Position numbers and translations under genes: made by a program
Origin: a virus
Lineage: Duplodnaviria > Caudoviricetes
Reading direction: 5' to 3' (one strand)
IMG/VR virus record: IMGVR_UViG_3300000101_000013
Coordinates: 1-62,334 of that record
Length of the DNA stretch: 62,334 nt
In this document: positions 10,078-18,982 of the stretch, piece after piece
Numbering within the stretch: the stretch's first letter is position 1
Layout: each line of letters begins with the position of its first letter
Notes under the pieces: generated by a model
The model's database searches: none
The model's input: only the letters and a program-made list of their open reading frames with translations
What the model was told of the DNA's origin: nothing

Positions 10078-11578
10078 AACTTGTTAAACTCCCTATAACA
10101 GACCATGCTCCGCCAGTTCTTATTAATGCAAATGTAACCATGTCGGTTTTATTAGCATTTCCTGTTGGCGTTGTACCATCTTCCCAATTAATTGTAGTTG
10201 ATGACCCTGCTATTGTTACTGCTGTTGGCATATATGCTGATGCGCCTTGCACTAGCACTAACGCAACACCTATAACCCTATTGTCTGTAGTAGGAACGTT
10301 TGTAAAGTTTGCTGTAAAGTCAGCAGCTATTGAGGTATGTCTCCATACCGATGCTGTTGCAAGACTGTGATCAACAATACTTGTAGCACCTGTTTTGTTA
10401 CCAACAACTTCACTTGATCTTGCAATACCACTTAAGAATACGCCGTCAGTTGCTGACAATGTTAATGATGTTGCACTTGTAAAGTTTGTTACTCCAAGTC
10501 CTGTAGTTAGTAAGTTAGCCGATGTAACACTAGCAAACGTAACAGCATCTGTTGTATTTAATGTTTGATCAAATGCCGAACCACCTGCAACTGATCCTGG
10601 TTTCCATGTACTTGTTGAATTGTCCCATACTATTGCTTGTCCATTTGTTGGCGCTACTGTAGTTGTATCAACATCTGATAAATCATCTATAGAACCAGGT
10701 ATTGTTGGCGGACTTACTAAGTCTGAAAACGCACCAGTAGTTGCTACTGTAGCTAATGTTGGTGCTCCTACTAGATCAGAATAAGACCCGCTGAATACAT
10801 TACCTGCAACAGGCTGTACCCATTGGCTGCTATCAGCATCTTCTATATAAACATACAAATATCCTGAAGTACTATTATACCAGATATTTCCTGCACTAGG
10901 ACTATTTGGTGCTGTATCACTTACAGCTAAACTAGCGCCGCCGCCGCCTGCTGAAGTTCCTATCGCGATTGTATTTCCCATGCCAGTATGATTTTGGCAC
11001 CAGTAATATAATGTTTCCGGTGTACTAGATGTTACTGTAATTTGAACTTGTCGTTTTGTAGACCGAGCAAACTTACTCCAGTATGTATCTTTATCAACTA
11101 TTAAGTCTTCTAGTAAATATACTACACCATCTAAGAATGTTACGCCACCGCCTAATTCTCCGTTTGCTGTTTGTGAAAAGTTTAACGGATGCTGATTTAT
11201 TGCTCCGCCCTGTGCATTAGGAAAATAAACATTTGTAAAATTAGATTGGTCAAAAACATATGTATAGCCAACAACAAACGATAATGTGGGTGCATATTCT
11301 GCACTACCATTAAATACATACTTGTTTCCACTACCGTCACTTCCAACAGTTGTGATATATTTTATTGTAGCAATTTCAGCGTTGGCTGCATTGATTCGTA
11401 GTCTGTCTTGACTAACAATTTCAAAGCCGCCTCGATCAATACCATTATAGACTCGAAGTGTTTTTGTTTCTTTTTCGTAAAATAGCTCACCACTTGCTCC
11501 AACGTTTCTGTTTAAAAAATCGTTAGGACGTGGTACTAATCTTACTCTATCGAATACGGGGGCTACTGGTAAGACCAT
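10070..11578 (-). CDS. Virion structural / tail-associated protein with a cupredoxin-like motif
   Basis: QHPLNF...LYYWCQNHTGMG; P..P..G.IWYNS tail-fibre motif; LSDVD repeat; C-terminal INWEDGTTPT...DMVTF domain. Confidence 0.65.
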   Translation of the reverse strand: MVLPVAPVFDRVRLVPRPNDFLNRNVGASGELFYEKETKTLRVYNGIDRGGFEIVSQDRLRINAANAEIATIKYITTVGSDGSGNKYVFNGSAEYAPTLSFVVGYTYVFDQSNFTNVYFPNAQGGAINQHPLNFSQTANGELGGGVTFLDGVVYLLEDLIVDKDTYWSKFARSTKRQVQITVTSSTPETLYYWCQNHTGMGNTIAIGTSAGGGGASLAVSDTAPNSPSAGNIWYNSTSGYLYVYIEDADSSQWVQPVAGNVFSGSYSDLVGAPTLATVATTGAFSDLVSPPTIPGSIDDLSDVDTTTVAPTNGQAIVWDNSTSTWKPGSVAGGSAFDQTLNTTDAVTFASVTSANLLTTGLGVTNFTSATSLTLSATDGVFLSGIARSSEVVGNKTGATSIVDHSLATASVWRHTSIAADFTANFTNVPTTDNRVIGVALVLVQGASAYMPTAVTIAGSSTTINWEDGTTPTGNANKTDMVTFALIRTGGAWSVIGSLTSYG

Positions 11579-11588
11579 AGATTAATCC

Positions 11589-11921
11589 TTAACCTAAAAT
11601 GCCGTGTGCTGTAAATGCTCTAATTGCATCAGGCTCAAATCTATGATCAGAATCTGTACTTGAACTAATATTTACGCTGCCTTCTGGTCTTGCTGGATCT
11701 ATTGACGCTGCATATCTTTCAGCTATCATTTCGTCTGTCTGGTCAATTTCATATCCTATTTCTTCTACTACTGCACCTGTGTGTTCTGCTGCAAATGTGT
11801 TTGCTTTTGCTTCATCAGGGAACTTACGAATTTCTTCGTATCCGTCACCGTCTGGATCCCAAGTATGATAAAGCATTACATCCGCTTTACTTGGATGTGG
11901 TTTTTTAACTGCATATGGCAT
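11589..11921 (-). CDS. Hypothetical protein
   Basis: 110-aa ORF with AGGAG RBS and upstream TAAATA motif. Confidence 0.65.
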   Translation of the reverse strand: MPYAVKKPHPSKADVMLYHTWDPDGDGYEEIRKFPDEAKANTFAAEHTGAVVEEIGYEIDQTDEMIAERYAASIDPARPEGSVNISSSTDSDHRFEPDAIRAFTAHGILG

Positions 11922-11954
11922 ATATTTCTCCTATAAAAATTACATATATATTTA

Positions 11955-12551
11955 TTATAACTGATCTGCAAAGTCAGCTAAACTGTCAAATACATAGGTT
12001 TTCTTTTTAATTTCCTTGTACGTATACTTATTTAGCTGTTTTTCGGTTTCTCTTCCATAACCGGTTCTTACAAGTACAGGCCTAGCACCAACCTTCATAG
12101 CTGCTTTTAAATCACTCATTTTATCGCCTACATAGAAACCTTGCTTCCAATGTATGCCTTTTATTTCTTTTGCACAACGTTTAAACATACCAGCATTAGG
12201 CTTTGCAAACATATCATTTTTTAAACTACTTTCACTGTAATATATACCCTCAATACTAGTACAACCTGCTTCACCAAATAAGTTTAACATATGTTCATGT
12301 ACTGATTCAACTTGTTCGTTTGTAAGCACCCCCTTAGCAATGCCGCCCTGATTTGTAAGTATTACAATACGATGTCCTAGTCTACGTAATTTTGCTACCG
12401 CTTCTAAACTTCCTTCAATTGGCTCAAACTGATCTGCAGACTTTACATATGTTCCTAAATCTCTATTGATTACTCCATCTCTATCTAAACCAATTACGCA
12501 TTGTGTTGGAAGTGTAGGAGCGGCTGTTACAATTTTATGTTTATCTATCAT
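11955..12551 (-). CDS. gmhB: D-glycero-D-manno-heptose 1,7-bisphosphate phosphatase (HAD family)
   Basis: LDRDGVIN, TNQGGIA, KPNAGM, VGDKMSD, LVRTGYG motifs; clustered with hldE and hldD. Confidence 0.88.
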   Translation of the reverse strand: MIDKHKIVTAAPTLPTQCVIGLDRDGVINRDLGTYVKSADQFEPIEGSLEAVAKLRRLGHRIVILTNQGGIAKGVLTNEQVESVHEHMLNLFGEAGCTSIEGIYYSESSLKNDMFAKPNAGMFKRCAKEIKGIHWKQGFYVGDKMSDLKAAMKVGARPVLVRTGYGRETEKQLNKYTYKEIKKKTYVFDSLADFADQL

Positions 12552-13110
12552 AGGTATACCAACCTGTTATAATATATTTTTCGCCGTTATATATAGGATT
12601 ACCTCTGTGTGGAAATGTAAATCCACAAGGAAAAATTACAACTTTACCTTGTTCTGGCTTTAGTTTTTTACCTTGGTATAAGAATTCTGTTTCTCCGCCT
12701 TCGTCAATATCATTAAGATATAACATATAATTTATAACTCTTGTACTACTACTTTGATCTGATGCTTCAGCATGCCAGGCGTGATATCCTTGGTGTGGGC
12801 GTGTGCGTTGTACACTCATGCCTTTAGGACTATGTTGTTCACTTTGTTTTAACATTGTATATTTTTCTATATATTGTGTAGTATAAACTTCGTGTATTTT
12901 TTTATAGAAATAGTCGCATAATCCAAAGTCATAATGATATTGATTTTGTGTATGTGCCCAATCAAAAACTACTCTATCGTCACTGCTTGCTTCGCCGTGA
13001 TTAGGACGTACAACTTCTCTCTGTGCCATTACATTAAAATGTTTTATAATTTCTTCGCAATACTCTTTTTCAAATATGTTTGGGTATTCTTCTATTCCTG
13101 TAAATTCCAT
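12541..13110 (-). CDS. 2OG-Fe(II) oxygenase (prolyl-hydroxylase-like)
   Basis: WHAE...YMLYLND..EGGETEF...FPCGFTFPHRG...KYIITGW. Confidence 0.88.
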   Translation of the reverse strand: MEFTGIEEYPNIFEKEYCEEIIKHFNVMAQREVVRPNHGEASSDDRVVFDWAHTQNQYHYDFGLCDYFYKKIHEVYTTQYIEKYTMLKQSEQHSPKGMSVQRTRPHQGYHAWHAEASDQSSSTRVINYMLYLNDIDEGGETEFLYQGKKLKPEQGKVVIFPCGFTFPHRGNPIYNGEKYIITGWYTYDR

Positions 13111-13111
13111 T

Positions 13112-13906
13112 TTATTGTTCCTTTAGCATTGGTATATACTGTTCAGCAATTTGTTTGTGTACTTCTTCAGTATAATGTTCACCGTCTAATGTTTCAAACT
13201 TTTTATTAAAAAATGTTTCGGCATTTTGACTTGCAAACTTTGTTTTATTTAATTTTGTATAGTAGTTAGCTGTTTCTTTTGGTACAAAACACCTATTATT
13301 AATATTCCAAACGTACATAGGTACATTATTGTTATTACATATCATATCACATACAGCAATATCTTTAAAATAATCTTCTTGTTCTAAATGTGTATTTTGA
13401 TAATGCCACATTTGGAAATACAAGTGCGAACTACGCCTAGTATCAGGCTCAGCTACCCAAGGTGCTGTTTCTCTGTTGTAAGGAAACATTTCCCAATCCT
13501 GCGGCTGTGGTTTATGATAATGTTCTAAATATTTGTTGTCTACGCTTAATGCAATACTCCAACGATCAACAAGTTCGTCACTTGTATCTTTTTGTAAGAA
13601 AAAGTCTGTAGGAAATATTTTTGTAGGATCTAAATCAGGATTTATCACAATAGGAAATCTACCCCAATATGTACTTTGAATAAACACTTCGTCTATGTCA
13701 TTATATGTTTGGAATGCGTGTGCTAGAAATCTAGGATATACTCTGTTACCTGTTCCTGCGCTTGCCATTACAACACATTTTTTATTATGTTTTTTACTAT
13801 AAAATTCTGCGTAATTATTCGGTCCCCAAGTGTTAGGATCATTGTCTTTACTTGCTCCTTGGTAACCCATACTATGACTACAACCGATAAACAATGTTCT
13901 AGACAT
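13112..13906 (-). CDS. SGNH/GDSL-like hydrolase or acyltransferase
   Basis: FIGCSHS at the N-terminus, G.GN block and DGEHY at the C-terminus. Start moved to MSRTLF (13906) to minimise overlap with the upstream cupin. Confidence 0.55.
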   Translation of the reverse strand: MSRTLFIGCSHSMGYQGASKDNDPNTWGPNNYAEFYSKKHNKKCVVMASAGTGNRVYPRFLAHAFQTYNDIDEVFIQSTYWGRFPIVINPDLDPTKIFPTDFFLQKDTSDELVDRWSIALSVDNKYLEHYHKPQPQDWEMFPYNRETAPWVAEPDTRRSSHLYFQMWHYQNTHLEQEDYFKDIAVCDMICNNNNVPMYVWNINNRCFVPKETANYYTKLNKTKFASQNAETFFNKKFETLDGEHYTEEVHKQIAEQYIPMLKEQ

Positions 13907-14261
13907 TTTGGCTATCACCCTTTTCAACTCTATAATTATCTTCAACACTATCAGGGGTACTTACCTCAATAATAGACCCTGCTTCTACACACATAAGTTG
14001 ATGTGGTAACATAGGAGGAATGTGTTTTGTATCTCCTTTGTTTAGTGTTTCTACAACTAAGTCTGCTGTCTTTGTGTCAATTGTTTTAAGAACAAAGCTA
14101 CCACTTAGCACATGCCATGTTTCATCTTTTTCTCTGTGCATATGCATACTAAACTTAGCACCTTGATTAAAGTTTAATAATTTACCACAGTATAGCTCAT
14201 TAGTTGCAAAGATAGTTTCGCTGCCCCACCCCTTTTCAACTAAGCCGTTCAGTTTCGTCAT
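13899..14261 (-). CDS. Cupin-fold protein (mannose-6-P/ketol isomerase-like)
   Basis: VEKGWGSE...FSMHMHREKDETWHVLSG...IPPMLPHQL...EVSTPDSVEDNYRV. Confidence 0.8.
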   Translation of the reverse strand: MTKLNGLVEKGWGSETIFATNELYCGKLLNFNQGAKFSMHMHREKDETWHVLSGSFVLKTIDTKTADLVVETLNKGDTKHIPPMLPHQLMCVEAGSIIEVSTPDSVEDNYRVEKGDSQNV

Positions 14262-14880
14262 TTGTTGCCGCCTCTATTTTAAAGTTTGCTGCTATTGTAG
14301 CACGTCTTTTGTTAGTTTTATTAGGTAAAACATAATGTGGTATCCAACTAGGAAACAATATAAGTTTACCCGGTTCTAGTTCCGGAATAAATTTTTGATA
14401 TTGCCATTGATTAAATATTTGTTCCATTCCAGATGATTGTATAATATTATAGTTAGGACAATCTAAAACTAGTTGCCCACCTATGTCGTCACCTTCTGGT
14501 AATTCTAAAACGTATACTGCACTAATAGATCTTCCTGGAAATGCGTGATCGTGTATTTCTTGGTAATCGTGTTCTTTATAAGTGTTGACCCAAAACTCCT
14601 CACAAGAAATAGTATAAGGCATTACCGGTTTCATATCATCAAAATACTGTTGTGTATAAGGTCTAATGTTTTCAAAAAATACTTGCCAAGGCAGAGCATC
14701 ATTTTTTTTGCTTCTAATACTACTACGGCAACTGCCATATATCCAAGTATCTTCAAAAAAACTATCGTCATCTAAACAGGGCGAAAACTCTTTATATATT
14801 TTGTCGTGTGTTTCTACTTTAGCTTCATACATCCAAGTAGGCCACATGCCTTGAGTTTTTCCGTTTACAATCATTCCCAT
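14236..14880 (-). CDS. Putative 2OG-Fe(II) oxygenase (TIGR02466-like)
   Basis: WVN.Y...QEIHDH...ISAVY...LILFPSWIPHYV...RATIAANF. Confidence 0.82.
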   Translation of the reverse strand: MGMIVNGKTQGMWPTWMYEAKVETHDKIYKEFSPCLDDDSFFEDTWIYGSCRSSIRSKKNDALPWQVFFENIRPYTQQYFDDMKPVMPYTISCEEFWVNTYKEHDYQEIHDHAFPGRSISAVYVLELPEGDDIGGQLVLDCPNYNIIQSSGMEQIFNQWQYQKFIPELEPGKLILFPSWIPHYVLPNKTNKRRATIAANFKIEAATNDETERLS

Positions 14881-15389
14881 CCTCCTCCTGGATTTCCTTT
14901 TGTATCAAAGAAAAACACCTGTGTCAATCTTCCTGTTTCTTTGCTATCGCCAAAGCCAGATAACAAACTACTGTGTAAGGAATCTGCTCTGTATAATATT
15001 AATCTATTATACTTGTTTGCTATAGCATCTTGTAATTCAAATTCACCCGAATTAGGTTCAGTAAAAATTCCTGTGCCTGCTTCTTGTGGTGCGTCCGGAG
15101 TAAGGTATAATACTCCTGCCCAGTCTACACCTTCGTCTCTGTGTACCCAAGTATCAACATCTTCTGTGCATAATTGAAAACAAAAACTATCCATTTTCCA
15201 TGCTGTAATTTTTACACCTAATATACCTTCTATTTTCTGCTGTATATATCTTCTATATTCTTCGTCGGCACTATCGCTACGCATACCAGGATACCTACCG
15301 TCACGTTCAAAAGGTAGCTGTAGAACTTGTTCTCTTACATGGTCAGGATTTGCTAAGAAATCGTCAGTAACAATTAAATTAACATTCAT
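14871..15389 (-). CDS. Putative 2OG-Fe(II) oxygenase (DUF6445-like)
   Basis: DDFLANPD, YPGMRS, WVHRD, WAGVLYLTP, NRLILY...HS, RLTQVFF. Confidence 0.78.
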   Translation of the reverse strand: MNVNLIVTDDFLANPDHVREQVLQLPFERDGRYPGMRSDSADEEYRRYIQQKIEGILGVKITAWKMDSFCFQLCTEDVDTWVHRDEGVDWAGVLYLTPDAPQEAGTGIFTEPNSGEFELQDAIANKYNRLILYRADSLHSSLLSGFGDSKETGRLTQVFFFDTKGNPGGGWE

Positions 15390-16185
15390 TTACATACTCC
15401 TCTACACTTTTAAATTTGTGCATTACTAATTTACTTAAACTATCTAAGTTAGCACATGTGTATTCTTGGTACTGGCCTTTTAAGTTATTGGGCATAGGAA
15501 TATATTCAATATCAGCACTATGCTTTTTTGCAACAAATTCAGCAACTTGTTGAAAACTAATAGCAGTTCCAGTCCCTATATTATATACACCTTTTTCATT
15601 TATGTCAAGCATTTTTTCGTGTATTTTACATATATCACTTACACAAACAAAGTCCCTTTTATAATTTTCACTATTTTCAAATAGTTTTATTTTACCAGTT
15701 TTTGCTTGTTGTGTAAACTTATGAATAGGACTTGCTTGTTCACCTTTGTGATCTTCGTTAGGACCATAAACATTAAAGTAACGAAATCCTTGTATTGTAA
15801 TTTGCGGATTCATGCCTCCTATCCATCTATCAAACAAATACTTACTCCAAGCATAAGGACTTTTAGGATCACTCGGACCTGACTCAGTAAAGTGTGTTGT
15901 ATTACCATAAACACTTGCACTTGATGCATACTGCATATTAACTTTATAAGCATTACATTGATTATAGAGCCATTTAGTAAATTCGTAATTGTGTAATATA
16001 ACTTTATCTACGTCAGTTTCAGTTGTACTACTTATTGCTCCTAAATGTATAACCCAGTCATAATCTTTTACCAAAGGTAATTGCTCTGGATCAAACTCGT
16101 ACCCTGCAACTTCATGTTTAGATTCTAAATAGGACATCATATTTTGTCCTATAAACCCTTTGTGTCCTGTGACCAGAATTTTCAT
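15379..16185 (-). CDS. hldD: ADP-L-glycero-D-manno-heptose 6-epimerase
   Basis: ILVTGHKGFIG, HLGAISSTTE, YASSASVYG, YAWSK, FRYFNVYGPNEDHKG, RDFV, YQEYTCA. Confidence 0.88.
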   Translation of the reverse strand: MKILVTGHKGFIGQNMMSYLESKHEVAGYEFDPEQLPLVKDYDWVIHLGAISSTTETDVDKVILHNYEFTKWLYNQCNAYKVNMQYASSASVYGNTTHFTESGPSDPKSPYAWSKYLFDRWIGGMNPQITIQGFRYFNVYGPNEDHKGEQASPIHKFTQQAKTGKIKLFENSENYKRDFVCVSDICKIHEKMLDINEKGVYNIGTGTAISFQQVAEFVAKKHSADIEYIPMPNNLKGQYQEYTCANLDSLSKLVMHKFKSVEEYVNEC

Positions 16186-16703
16186 TAATACACCGCCAAA
16201 TTAAATGCAACAGTAAATTTTGAATTATCTGTTTCGTTAGTAGTAACACCATGTTTTAAATGACTTGGAAAAATAATGATATGTCCATTTTCAACAGCTA
16301 GTTGGCATCTATCATAATCATTATCGAAAAAGAAATGACAACTATCAGTGTCACCAATATCGTAATAGTAGCAGCCTGAATATGTTGCAGGATAATGACT
16401 ATGTATTTGTGCATAGTCTCCTTTATCATATTTTGCTATCCAAGAATTACATACGTAACGCAATTCACGCTGTGCATAATCACATACTGAATTATATATT
16501 TCTTCTTTCAAGGATGTCATTTCACATCCATCAATAATGCAATTCGACCAATCTTTGAAGTTACTTAATTTTACAGTTTTCCCCCACTCGGGTTGATAAC
16601 CAAACTCACTTTTAGCTATGGCTGTTTTAACTTCTTTTTGTATAGTATCAAATTTTTCTGCTTGCCTTACATATACTTTTGTGGGTAAAATATCATAAAT
16701 CAT
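16185..16703 (-). CDS. Putative 2OG-Fe(II) oxygenase
   Basis: SWIAKY...QIHSH...SGCYY...IIFPSHLKHGV...TVAFN. Confidence 0.8.
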   Translation of the reverse strand: MIYDILPTKVYVRQAEKFDTIQKEVKTAIAKSEFGYQPEWGKTVKLSNFKDWSNCIIDGCEMTSLKEEIYNSVCDYAQRELRYVCNSWIAKYDKGDYAQIHSHYPATYSGCYYYDIGDTDSCHFFFDNDYDRCQLAVENGHIIIFPSHLKHGVTTNETDNSKFTVAFNLAVY

Positions 16704-17829
16704 TTATTATCCTTGTGGTGCTATGTCCTTCAACTGTAGGAAAAATAACAACCTTAGCTAGTTCATTACCTACTACGGTATCAAACGTATAGTCGCCACC
16801 TTTTACTATAATATCTGGCTCTAATTTGGTGATTGCTTCTAAAGGTGTATCTTCTTCAAACACAATAACTTCGTCTACAAAACCAAGCTCTAAGAGGCTT
16901 TCCTTGCGGGTGTCTTCTCCGTTAATGGGTCTTAAATCGCCTTTTAACCTCTTGACACTGGAATCGCTGTTAATGCCCACTATTAGTCTGTTTCCAAGCG
17001 TTTTAGCGTGTCTAAGAAGCTTTAAATGACCAATATGTAATATATCAAATACACCATTAGTGAATACAATAATATCTTCTACATCGTCTTGTTTGAGTAT
17101 ATATGTGCCTGCGTGTTTAACACTTTCTGTTGATCCTTTAACTGCAACTTCTAGACATTTTTTATGTGTGTACCCTTTAGTAAGTCCGTAAACAAATGCC
17201 GCCATGAAACAATCGCCAGCGCCAGTAACATCTGATACTTCTAAATTGTCAACTGGTATCTCATATGATTTGCCGTCAATATTAGCAATAACTTCCTCAC
17301 CAGCATTAGTTGTAATAATATTACCCTGCCACTCATCAAATCCCAAACTATGAAACTCATTATAATTAGGTTTTACTAACCATGCATTTTCATAGAACCA
17401 TGCATTTTCTTTTGGGTCAACAATTACTTTACATCCAAATGTATTAATATATTTTATAATATCTTTTGCTTCGTCAAGTACACCTTTGTTATAATCACTT
17501 AGCACAACATAGTCGTACGGTGAAAAGTCAGTCGATTTTACAAGGTCTAATACATCTGTGCCACTTGATTGTGCGTCATCATCAATACGTGTAATATAAT
17601 GTCCGTCACAAATTATTCTAGTTTTAACACTTACTTGTCCTGGTGTTTCAAACATATCAACATCAACACCTAAATTTTTTAAGTTCTCATATACAAGTCC
17701 TGCTCCGCCTCTTGTTTCTTTTTCTTCAATATAAGTTACAACAGGCACAGGTGCTTCAGGGCTGATACGTGTAGACGTACCGTAAATATATTTGTCAATT
17801 ATTATATCACCTAATACTAATACTTTCAT
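16693..17829 (-). CDS. hldE: Bifunctional heptose-7-phosphate kinase / heptose-1-phosphate adenylyltransferase
   Basis: PfkB domain (RISPEAPVPV, SDYNKG, DVTGAGD) fused to a nucleotidyltransferase domain (FTNGVFDILHIGH, GINSDSSVKRLKG, KGGDY, STTRII). Confidence 0.92.
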   Translation of the reverse strand: MKVLVLGDIIIDKYIYGTSTRISPEAPVPVVTYIEEKETRGGAGLVYENLKNLGVDVDMFETPGQVSVKTRIICDGHYITRIDDDAQSSGTDVLDLVKSTDFSPYDYVVLSDYNKGVLDEAKDIIKYINTFGCKVIVDPKENAWFYENAWLVKPNYNEFHSLGFDEWQGNIITTNAGEEVIANIDGKSYEIPVDNLEVSDVTGAGDCFMAAFVYGLTKGYTHKKCLEVAVKGSTESVKHAGTYILKQDDVEDIIVFTNGVFDILHIGHLKLLRHAKTLGNRLIVGINSDSSVKRLKGDLRPINGEDTRKESLLELGFVDEVIVFEEDTPLEAITKLEPDIIVKGGDYTFDTVVGNELAKVVIFPTVEGHSTTRIINDL

Positions 17830-18341
17830 TCGTAATCCATATATACATTGCCGCTTATTGTTGATCCAACTGATCCAGGACGAACATAATGTTCTAAGAA
17901 ACTAGGAAATATAATTATATCTCCTGTTTTTAATTCTGGTCTAAAGTCTAATGGAAAGTCCTTTACGTTTGTGCCTAAATGATTTTGTATATCCTTAAAC
18001 ATAGGATTCATAAAAACAGTTTTTGATTCTTCTACAGTTTCGTATATAACAAAACTCCAAGCACTATTTGGGTGTATGTGTATATCTTGCCAATCAGTTT
18101 TTTTATACTTGTTGCGCCATATAGGGCCAAATCTTGGATTAGGTCCAACTAGATGCTCTAGGTTTTTTGAAATAATACTTACTAGATATTCAAATGTTTC
18201 GGGTGCAATTTTATGTTCTTTTGTAAATGTACTAGGCGTTTCACTGAGCCAAGTAGGCTCAGTATCTTCTTGACTAATGTCAATTTTTTTTAAATCAATA
18301 GTGTCAATAAATATCGGAACACTAAACATATCAACACGCAT
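17826..18341 (-). CDS. Putative 2OG-Fe(II) oxygenase
   Basis: WRNKY...QDIHIH...IIIFPSFLEHYV...TISGN. Confidence 0.8.
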   Translation of the reverse strand: MRVDMFSVPIFIDTIDLKKIDISQEDTEPTWLSETPSTFTKEHKIAPETFEYLVSIISKNLEHLVGPNPRFGPIWRNKYKKTDWQDIHIHPNSAWSFVIYETVEESKTVFMNPMFKDIQNHLGTNVKDFPLDFRPELKTGDIIIFPSFLEHYVRPGSVGSTISGNVYMDYE

Positions 18342-18982
18342 TATGTTCTCCAGGGTTGTGCCGCTGGTAATGGCTTTGCTCTCATTGTTTTATACACTAA
18401 TGTAGCACGTAGTCCTGTATACGATTCATTTGGTGGCATTCCGTGATGTGGTATTTTGCCTTTAAATAAAAATACCCTACCTGGTTTAGGATAAACTTTT
18501 TGCCACTCGTCGTCAAGTTTGATAACTGTTTCGCCGCCCCATTCTTCTTTCCAATTCCTATTTACATAGTATATCCAACTAATACCATTATCACAATCAC
18601 AGTCAGAATGTGGTGTAGTGTTGTGTATATATTGTTGACCGTTAACAAGTATTTCACCTACTTCTAATTCGAAAGGAATTAATTGGGCAACTGCATTATA
18701 AATCATACTCCATGCACTATCTGACGAGTTTGCACTTTGTGGTGGGTATATTTGTTGCTTCAATGCAGGAATCTCTGGCCAGTCTGGATCTGCTCCTATA
18801 TCATAATTTGGATCTTCAGGGTAATTGCTTGTATGCCCGTACATCCAATTATAACCTGTAAATACTGCATCATGAACATGATTAATAATATATTGAGGGA
18901 ATAGATCATCAATTACAATCATTTGATCTTTTGCTAAATCTATTCCAGATAAGTCTTTTGCTTCTTTTCCATTAACTAACAT
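18341..18982 (-). CDS. 2OG-Fe(II) oxygenase
   Basis: PHSD...IYYVNRNWKEEWGGET...PKPGRVFLF.GKIPHHG...RATLVYK. Confidence 0.85.
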   Translation of the reverse strand: MLVNGKEAKDLSGIDLAKDQMIVIDDLFPQYIINHVHDAVFTGYNWMYGHTSNYPEDPNYDIGADPDWPEIPALKQQIYPPQSANSSDSAWSMIYNAVAQLIPFELEVGEILVNGQQYIHNTTPHSDCDCDNGISWIYYVNRNWKEEWGGETVIKLDDEWQKVYPKPGRVFLFKGKIPHHGMPPNESYTGLRATLVYKTMRAKPLPAAQPWRT

